64,000 nucleotides of DNA from an uncultured Acidobacteriota bacterium (GTDB lineage Bacteria; Acidobacteriota; Vicinamibacteria; Vicinamibacterales; UBA2999), in assembly GCA_963841905.1 (NCBI GenBank), contig CAWJEM010000015.1:50457-114456 (forward strand). Reading direction: 5' to 3'. Positions 8,956 through 16,487 of the stretch are shown here, in pieces (the stretch's first letter is position 1; each line of letters opens with the position of its first letter). Below the pieces are notes generated by a model. That model made no database searches. It saw nothing but the letters and a program-made list of their open reading frames with translations, and was not told the DNA's origin. The position numbers and the translations under genes were made by a program.

Positions 8956-10836
8956 ATGCTGCGACGAAGATTGGCAAGCGCGTTGGGTGTGAGCGTCGTA
9001 GGAGCGGTGTTTCTGAGTGCGGCAGTGCTCGGGGCGGCGACGGAAGCGCCGGTCGCCGAAGCGGCTCGCTCGGGAGACCGGGAGGCGGTTCGCGCCCTGT
9101 TGAAGCAAGGCATGGACGTCAACGCGTCGCAGGGCGACGGTATGACGGCACTGCACTGGGCCGCGCGGCTGGGCGACGTCGAGTTGGCGCAGATGCTGCT
9201 CTACGCGGGCGCCAACGTGAAGGCGATGACTCGGCTCGGTTCCTACACGCCGCTCCTGATGGCGGCGCAGATCGGCCACGCGCCGATGCTGGAGACGTTG
9301 ATCAAATCCGGTGGCGATCCGAAGGCGGCGACGAGCAATGGCACGACGCCCTTGATGCTGGCGGCGGCGTCGGGCAAGGCCGACGCGGTCCGCCTGCTGC
9401 TCGAGCACGGCGCCGATCCCAATGCCAAGGAATCAGCACGTGGCGAAACCGCGTTGATGTTCGCCGCCAACTTCAATCGTGTGGACGCGATGAAAACGCT
9501 CATCGAGAAGGGCGCCCAGATTGACGTTGCGACCAAAGTGACCGATCTCGCCGGCTTGACGAGTCCGGAGGAGGAGTTCTTCCGCCAGCAGCAGCAACAG
9601 CAGCAGGGCGGTCAGGGTCAGGGGCAAGGTCAGGGGCAAGGTCAGGGCCAGGGCCAGGGGCAAGCCCCAGGGCAAACCCAGGGACAAGCAGCCGGTCGCG
9701 GTCAGGGCGGCGGCCAAGGTGGTGGCCAAGGTGCACCTGCAGCGCAGGCGGCCGGTCAGGGCGGGGGACAAGGGGGGGGACGCGGCGCCGCAGGCGCTCC
9801 GGCGAATCGCGGGCCGGACATCGCAGGCGTGACGCGGCAGTATCGCTTCAACGAGCTGGTGAGCACCCAGGGTGGGTTGACGCCGCTCCTGTTTGCGGCT
9901 CGTCAGGGTCACATCGACGCCGCGGCCGCGCTCTTCGACGCGGGCGCCGACATCAATCAAGTGAGTCCAGGCGACAAGACGAGCCCCTTGCTCATGGCCA
10001 TCATCAACGGCCACTTCGACCTCGCGAACCTGATGATCGAGCGCGGCGCGGATGTGAAGCTCGCGAGCGACAACGGTGCGACGCCTCTCTACGCGGTGCT
10101 GAACGTTCAATGGGCGCCAAAGGCGCTGTATCCGCAGCCGCGCGCCTATACGCAGCAGAAGATGTCGCACCTCGATCTGATGAAGGTGCTCATCACCAAA
10201 GGCGCTGACGTCAATGCGCGGCTGAAGAAGAAAGTGTGGTACTCGGGCTACAATTTCGACCTCGCCGGCGTCGATGAGATTGGCGCGACACCGTTCTGGC
10301 GCGCGGCGTACGCGAGCGACACCGAGGCGATGAAACTGCTGGTGGCAAACGGAGCGGATCCCACGGTTCCGACAGCACGACCGGCCGGGCGGCCTCGCAC
10401 TGGCGATGGCGGTCGCGAGCAGGTGCAGGACGTGTCGGGTTTACCTCCGATCCCGGTGGGTGGGGCTGCCGTCACACCGTTGCAGGCGGCATCGGGCGTC
10501 GGCTACGCCGAGGGGTTCGCGGCCAACTCCCATCGCTATGCTCCGGGCGGGATGCTCGCGGCCGTCAAGTATCTGATCGAGGAGCTCGGCGCCGACGTCA
10601 ACGCGCGCGATCACGAGGGCAACACCGCCTTGCATCACGCTGCTTCACGCGGCGACGTCGAGATGATTCTGTATCTGGTGTCGAAAGGCGCGGACGTGAA
10701 AGCCGTCAACCGCGAAGGGCAGTCGACGGCCGATATGGCGAATGGACCCGTGCAGCGCACTCAACCCTATCCGGAAGCGTTGGAATTGCTCGTCAAGCTG
10801 GGCGCCAAGAACAACAACAAATGCGTCTCGTGCTGA
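8956..10836 (+). CDS. secreted ankyrin-repeat protein with Gln/Gly-rich linker (module 1)
   Basis: Signal peptide MLRRRLASALGVSVVGAVFLSAAVLGAA. Multiple G.TALHWAA/TPLMLAA..G...V..LL..GAD ankyrin units. Internal QQQQQQGGQGQGQGQGQ... linker. C-terminal KLGAKNNNKCVSC. Confidence 0.9.
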   Translation: MLRRRLASALGVSVVGAVFLSAAVLGAATEAPVAEAARSGDREAVRALLKQGMDVNASQGDGMTALHWAARLGDVELAQMLLYAGANVKAMTRLGSYTPLLMAAQIGHAPMLETLIKSGGDPKAATSNGTTPLMLAAASGKADAVRLLLEHGADPNAKESARGETALMFAANFNRVDAMKTLIEKGAQIDVATKVTDLAGLTSPEEEFFRQQQQQQQGGQGQGQGQGQGQGQGQGQAPGQTQGQAAGRGQGGGQGGGQGAPAAQAAGQGGGQGGGRGAAGAPANRGPDIAGVTRQYRFNELVSTQGGLTPLLFAARQGHIDAAAALFDAGADINQVSPGDKTSPLLMAIINGHFDLANLMIERGADVKLASDNGATPLYAVLNVQWAPKALYPQPRAYTQQKMSHLDLMKVLITKGADVNARLKKKVWYSGYNFDLAGVDEIGATPFWRAAYASDTEAMKLLVANGADPTVPTARPAGRPRTGDGGREQVQDVSGLPPIPVGGAAVTPLQAASGVGYAEGFAANSHRYAPGGMLAAVKYLIEELGADVNARDHEGNTALHHAASRGDVEMILYLVSKGADVKAVNREGQSTADMANGPVQRTQPYPEALELLVKLGAKNNNKCVSC

Positions 10837-10910
10837 CTAGCGAGGCTCCGCCTGAGGCTGCTAAGCGTCGGTCGCGTTGAACCTGTTTTGAGTTGAACGT
10901 TTTCGTGACA

Positions 10911-13458
10911 ATGAAGCCAATCTTTCCCGCCACCTTTGGTGCCGTCGTACTGGGTGTCGGTCTGGCCCTTGCCGCCGGGCAGGCGCCGAAGGCACCGGCG
11001 CCGCCGGCCATTGCTGCCCCGTCTCGAGCCGCGGCCACACCGCCTGCGACCCAGCCGGCTGGCGGGGCCGCGTCGGCGAAGCGCGCCGCACCTCCGCTCG
11101 TGGCCGCGCATACCGCGGGCCCGACCGCCGCCGAGCAGACCGCGATTGTGAAGCGGTACCTGCGTCGGCTGCCACAGCGATCGCGCCAAGGCTGGTGGGC
11201 TGACGCTTGCCGCGTTCGATGCCGCCAATGCGACCTCGCAGGTCGAGATCGCGGAAAAGATGATCCGAAAGCTCCGCGCCGGCATGATGCCGCCCGCGGG
11301 CGCGAAACGACCCGAGGGCGAGGCGCTGCTCGGGCTCGCGCGCACGCTCGAAGACCGCATCGACCGCGCGGCGGCGCTCAATCCCAATCCCGGATTCCGC
11401 CCCTTCCAGCGTGCCAACCGCGCCGAGTATGCGCGCGCCGTGCGTGACCTGCTGGACGTCGAGGTCGATGTCAACACGTTCTTGCCGCCCGACACCATCA
11501 GCGACGGCTTCGATAACGTGGCCGATGCGCAGACGCTGTCACCGACGTTGATGGAAGGCTATCTGCGGGCCGCCAGTCAGATCAGCCGCCTTGCGGTGGG
11601 CGATCGCAACGCGACCGCGACCTCCGTCACCTACAAGATTCCTCGCGCCCGTTCACAGATGGCGCACGTCGACGGTGCGCCGATCGGGACTCGTGGCGGC
11701 GTGTCCGAGATCCACGTTTTCCCGGCCGACGGCGAATACATCTTCAAGGCGGCGATGCACTACGAGCCGCTCGGAGGGTTGACCGGACGAGCCACGATGA
11801 GCGCGTTCGGCTTGAGCGAGCTGATTGACGTTTCCATCGATGGCGAGCGCGTGGCGACGCTCGAGCTCAACTCTCGGATGAGCGAGTCCGATCCCAAGAA
11901 CAACCTCGAGCCGCAGACCCCACCGATTCACGTCAAGGCGGGTCCGCATCGCGTGTCCGCCGCCTTCGTGCAGAATTTCGAGGCCATTCCGGACGACCTC
12001 GTGGTCCCGCTGGAGAACACCCTCGCGGATGTCTCGATTGGGCAGGGCATCACGCTGCTGCCGCACATGCGCGAGCTGCGCATCATCGGCCCCTCTCGCG
12101 TGACTGGTGTCTCCGACACCCCGAGCCGGCGTCGCATCTTCACGTGCCGTCCCACGAGCGGCGCTGAGGAAGCGACATGCGCGCGCGACATCATCAGGCG
12201 GCTCGCGACTCACGCGTTCCGCGGTCCGGTCAGTGCAGACGATCTCGAAGGCCTCGAGGTGTTCTATCGCGATGGTCGTGCGAAGAACGACTTCGAGAGC
12301 GGCATTCGACTCGCGTTGCAGGCGATTCTCGCCAGCCCGCGTTTCGTGTTCCGGTTCGAAGAGGCGCCGCCAACCGTTCGTCCCGGGCAGAGCTATCGCA
12401 TCACCGACGCGGATCTCGCGTCGCGTCTGTCGTTCTTCCTGTGGGGAACCGCACCCGATGCCGAGTTGCTGAAGGTCGTGGCGAGCCGCACGTTGCGTAC
12501 GCCAGGTGTTCTCGACCGGCAGGTGAAGCGGATGCTTGCCGATTCGCACGCCGAGGCGTTGTCCACGCGGTTTGCGGCGCAATGGCTGAGGCTGCAGGAC
12601 CTCGACAAGGTCAATCCCGACTATCTCCAGTACCCGCAGTACGACGATCGACTCGCCGCCAGCCTTCGACGCGAGACCGAGCTGTTTTTCGACAGCCTCG
12701 TGCGCGAGGATCGCAGCTTGCTGGATTTGGTGACGGCCGACTACTCGTTCGTCGACGAGCGCGTGGCGCTGCACTACGGCATCCCGAACATCACGGGTCC
12801 CGAGTTCCGTCGCGTCACGCTCCCGGAGAACCGCCGCGGCATTCTTGGACACGGCAGCATCCTGGTGCTCACGTCGAACTCGGATCGCACGTCACCGGTC
12901 TATCGCGGCAAGTGGGTGATGGAGGTGCTGCTCGGCAGCCCGCCACCACCGCCACCACCCAATGTTCCCGAACTGGACGAGGTCAAACCGACTGCGGCCG
13001 GGCGTACGCTGTCCGTACGCGAGCGGATGGAGGAACACCGGAAGAACCCGACGTGCAACGCGTGCCACCGGGTGATCGATCCGCTGGGGCTGGCGCTCGA
13101 AAACTACGATCCGACGGGAGCCTGGCGCATCAAGGACAACGAGGTCGCCGTCGATCCGCAGGGCGTTCTGTATGACGGAAGCAAGGTCGATGGTCCGGCG
13201 AGTTTGCGGACCGCGCTCCTCCGACACAAGGATGCCCTGGTCTTCAGCTTCACCGAAAGCCTGATGACATACGCGCTCGGTCGTCGCGTCGAGACCTACG
13301 ATATGCCGGCGATTCGAGCGATTGTGCGCAATGCGGAGGCGAGCGGCTACAAGATGTCGGCCTTCGTCAACGGCGTCATCAAGAGCGCGGCGTTCCAGCG
13401 CGGAATGGCGCCGGTGGGCGAGGCGCGGGCGGCGGAAGCGGCGAGCAGTAGCCGATAG
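10911..13458 (+). pseudogene. DUF1592-type cytochrome-c-motif protein (module 2), frame broken by one extra base at 11160
   Basis: Signal peptide and linker (MKPIFPATFGAVVLGVGLALAAGQ...AIVKRY) lie in the frame of ORF 10893..11447. CVGCHSDRAKAGGLTLAAF...MIRKLRAGMMPPAG and the rest lie in the frame of ORF 11260..13458. The junction reads AAG CGG TAC c TGC GTC GGC TGC CAC. Confidence 0.8.
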
Positions 13459-13484
13459 GATCTGACGTGACAGGGCCACAGAGA

Positions 13485-13538
13485 CACGAGAGACTCAGAG
13501 GATCAGGAAAAATAAGAGAATTCTCTGAGTCTCTCGTG
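13485..13538. repeat. perfect 16-bp hairpin (CACGAGAGACTCAGAG / CTCTGAGTCTCTCGTG) with A-rich 22-nt loop
   Basis: Read directly. Lies between the DUF1592 (module 2) stop and the DUF1552 start. No T-tract follows it. Confidence 0.85.
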
Positions 13539-13602
13539 ACTCTGAGGCTTCGTTCGTGGTCGGACAACGGCGGTTAGAATTCGACAATAGGGGCACGAAC
13601 CG

Positions 13603-14997
13603 ATGTTCATAGCGAAAAAGCAACTCTCGCGCCGCGAAGTCCTGCGGGGCATGGGCGTGACGGTGGCTTTGCCGTTCCTCGATGCGATGATGCCGGCGCG
13701 GGCAGCGCGGGCGCAGGCTGCGGCCGGCAGGGTCCGCTTGGCCGCCATCGAGATGGTCCACGGCGCAGCCGGCAGCACGAAGATCGGCATCGAGAAGAAC
13801 ATGTGGTCGCCGGCCGCCGCCGGGCGCGCCTTCGACCTCATGCCAACGAGCCTGAGCCCGCTCGAACCCTTCCGCGACCACCTGACGATCATCAGCAATA
13901 CCGACGTCCGCAATGCCGAGGCGTTCGAAGCGCCCGAGATTGGCGGCGATCACTTCCGATCGAGCGCCGTGTTCCTGACGCAGATGCACCCGCGTCAAAC
14001 CCAAGGGTCGGACGTCCGGGTGGGCACATCACTCGATCAGTTCTTCGCCCAGAAGCACGGCCAGGACACGGCCATCCCCTCGCTCCAGTTGTGCATCGAG
14101 AACGTCGATCAGGCAGGCGGTTGTTCCTACGGCTATTCTTGCGTCTACACCGATTCCATCAGCTGGGCCTCGCCGGAGGATCCGCTGCCGATGGTGCGCG
14201 ACCCGCGGGCCGTGTTCGACATGCTCTTCGGAGTCGGCGCAACGCCGCAGGAGCGCGCCGAGCGCCGCTCGGAGGACCGCAGCATCCTGGATTGGATTCG
14301 CGAGGACATGTCACGTCTGCGCAATACGCTGGGCAGCGCCGACCGGGCTCGCTTGAACGACTACCTCGAAGACATCTACGAGATCGAGCGCCGGATCAAG
14401 CGCGTCGAAGCGCAAAACAGCACGGGCGAGCCGCGCGAGCTTCCGGGCGCGCCGATTGGCGTCCCCGACTCGTTCGAAGAGCACATCAAGCTGATGTTCG
14501 ATCTGCAGGCGTTGGCATTTGCCTCCGATATCACGCGAGTCTTCGCGTTCAAGCTCGGTCGCGACGCCTCGAATCGGGTGTTCGCCGAGAGTGGCACCAG
14601 CACCGGCTTCCATTCGGCCTCGCATCACGGGGATCGTGAGGACCGCGTCACCGCCTTCGCGCGCATCAACCGGTATCACATCAGCATGCTTCCGTATTTC
14701 CTGGACAAGCTGAAGAAGACACCGGATGGCGACGGGACCCTCCTGGACAACACGCTCGTGCTCTACGGATCGCCGATGGGCAATTCGAACGTTCACAATC
14801 ACAAGCGTTGTCCGCTGTTCCTCGCCGGGCACGCGGCCGGCAAGCTGAAGGGTGGCCTCCATCTCAAGGCGCCCGACGGCACCCCAATGGCGAATGCGAT
14901 GCTCACCGTTGGCAACATGCTGGGCTTGGACTTCGAGAAATTTGGCGACAGCACCGCTGCGATGGACCTCAATCAAGCGCCCAGCACCACTGTTTGA
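13603..14997 (+). CDS. DUF1552 protein with twin-arginine leader (module 2)
   Basis: MFIAKKQLSRREVLRGMGVTVALPFLDAM, FHSASHHGDREDR, GSPMGNSNVHNHKRCPLF. Collinear with the module 1 and 3 copies. Confidence 0.9.
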   Translation: MFIAKKQLSRREVLRGMGVTVALPFLDAMMPARAARAQAAAGRVRLAAIEMVHGAAGSTKIGIEKNMWSPAAAGRAFDLMPTSLSPLEPFRDHLTIISNTDVRNAEAFEAPEIGGDHFRSSAVFLTQMHPRQTQGSDVRVGTSLDQFFAQKHGQDTAIPSLQLCIENVDQAGGCSYGYSCVYTDSISWASPEDPLPMVRDPRAVFDMLFGVGATPQERAERRSEDRSILDWIREDMSRLRNTLGSADRARLNDYLEDIYEIERRIKRVEAQNSTGEPRELPGAPIGVPDSFEEHIKLMFDLQALAFASDITRVFAFKLGRDASNRVFAESGTSTGFHSASHHGDREDRVTAFARINRYHISMLPYFLDKLKKTPDGDGTLLDNTLVLYGSPMGNSNVHNHKRCPLFLAGHAAGKLKGGLHLKAPDGTPMANAMLTVGNMLGLDFEKFGDSTAAMDLNQAPSTTV

Positions 14998-15018
14998 GCG
15001 TTTCCGGCCGTCCGAGAC

Positions 15019-15053
15019 AAATGGCCGAGGTTGAACCCCTCGGCCATTTTTTT
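15019..15053 (+). terminator. canonical intrinsic terminator
   Basis: Stem AAATGGCCGAGG, loop ttgaacc, stem CCTCGGCCATTT, followed by a T-run (TTTTTTT). Lies 22 nt after the DUF1552 (module 2) stop. Confidence 0.8.
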
Positions 15054-15081
15054 GCACAGCCCCTGACGGAGGAGCTGGACC

Positions 15082-16252
15082 ATGCGCCGCTCGACCCTTG
15101 TTCTTCTCGTATTGTCGTGGCGGCGAGCGCGGCGGGATGTGCAAGAGGGTGCAATGGGGCCATCTGCTTCGAGCCGCATCGACCCTGGGCCGCGCTCCAT
15201 CGACCGCCTGAGCGTCCTCGAGCGTCGTTCAATTCTCGAGCGCGCGCAGGTGTGGCGCCCAATTGATACCGCCAGGCTCAATCTGATCAGCGGTCCAGCG
15301 GCCGCCGATGGTTTTCCATTCGACGCCTCAGCAGCCTGCGACTATCACTTCCCTGACAAGCCCCTGTCGGGCGTCACGCCGAAATTCGAGTGCGCCTTAC
15401 GGCCCGGCGGCAAGGACGTCGTCAAGGTGAAGTACGGCGAGACCAACGGTGAAGTGTACGCGGAGGTCGCCGGCAGCCGGCTGTTCTGGGCGCTCGGGTT
15501 TGTCGTCGATCGGATGTATCCCGTCAGCGTGCTGTGCCGCAACTGTCCGCCCGATCCGTTCAAGGAAGGCAAGGAGGACTGGGATTTCGGCAAAAGCGCC
15601 AAGGGTGCGACGAGGCGGTACGGGACGGCGGTCATCGAGCGCGACGTCGAACGGTGAGAAGGTCGAGGTGCCAGACTACGAGGGCTGGGCGTGGCCCGAG
15701 CTCGACTTCGTCAGCGAGGAATCGGGCGGTGCGCCGCGCGCACATGTCGATGCCTTGAAGCTGCTCGCCGTCTTCGTGCAGCACGTTGACAACAAGCCGG
15801 AGCAGCAGGCCATCGTGTGCACCGATTCGCGCGAGCGTCGCGATCGGGCAGGCAATGCGACCTGTTCGGCGCCGATTCTCGTCGTCAAGGATCTGGGCTC
15901 GACGTTTGGCGGGGCGAAGCTGTTCAACTACGACAAGATGAAATTGGACAGCTGGCGAGAGGTGCCCATCTGGCGTGACCCGGCGACGTGTGAAGGTGAC
16001 CTATCACGCAGCCTCATCGGTAATCTGGAGCACCCAACGATCAGCGAGGCCGGCCGCAGATTCCTGGCGACACGCCTGTCGATGCTCAGCGATCGCCAGC
16101 TACACGACCTCTTTACGGCGGCCCGCGTCGAGCGCCGGGGTGATACCACCCGAGACGCAGACGGTCCTCGGCGGCCAGTGACCGTTGCCGACTGGGTTGG
16201 CGCGTTCAAAGCGAAGCGGGCGCAGATTGTGAATCACAAGTGTCCTGCGTAG
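15082..16252 (+). pseudogene. hypothetical Cys-containing secreted protein; reading frame interrupted near 15650
   Basis: ORF 15082..15657 (...VKVKYGETNGEVYAEVAGSRLFWALGFVVDRMYPVSVLCRNCPPDPF...AVIERDVE) continues in the frame of ORF 15449..16252 (GEKVEVPDYEGWAWPELDFV...HVDALKLLAVFVQHVDNKPEQQAIVC...). The junction reads GTC GAA c GGT GAG. No family recognised. Confidence 0.6.
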
Positions 16253-16362
16253 GGCTATAGAGGGCATAGGGCATCAGGGCATAGGGCATAGCAGGGCATA
16301 AGGGCCGCTACTCCCTCCTGTGCCCTGTGCCCTATGCCCTACGCCCTATGCCCTACGCCCTG
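16252..16362. repeat. long imperfect inverted repeat of AGGGCAT-type words
   Basis: Left arm GGGCTATAGAGGGCATAGGGCATCAGGGCATAGGGCATAGCAGGGCATAAGGGCC. Right arm TGTGCCCTGTGCCCTATGCCCTACGCCCTATGCCCTACGCCCTG. Begins at the stop codon of the preceding gene. Confidence 0.85.
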
Positions 16363-16400
16363 TAAGTGTCTGTCAATGGACCACTTACCAGAGACAATCG

Positions 16401-16431
16401 CTGACATTCGCACCTGAAAGATGAGAGAATA
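16401..16431 (+). promoter_or_regulatory. candidate promoter upstream of module 3 (CTGACA-N19-AGAATA)
   Basis: AT-richer spacer CGCTGACATTCGCACCTGAAAGATGAGAGAATAAACG. Same word and spacing as at 4671-4701. Confidence 0.2.
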
Positions 16432-16487
16432 AACGCTCGTCGTTACATATACTTTTGCCGGCCGGCCGTCAGGGGCCGAGGTCAGAC

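Noticed and set aside
10825-10836. C-terminal CVSC read as a eukaryote-type CaaX/CXC prenylation box (effector mimicry)
   Set aside because: The proteins have classical Sec signal peptides and sit in an operon with periplasmic partners. The terminal residue and context do not fit canonical CaaX rules. There is no evidence for a host-associated lifestyle.
15110-15142. Alternative-frame lipobox (IVVAASAAGC) inside the 5' end of the 15082 gene, implying two compensating frameshifts
   Set aside because: It is attractive: it gives MRRSTLVLLVL..VVAASAAGC followed by QEGAMGPSASS. But it needs two extra indels within 30 nt, and the listed frame is also open. This is too speculative to annotate.
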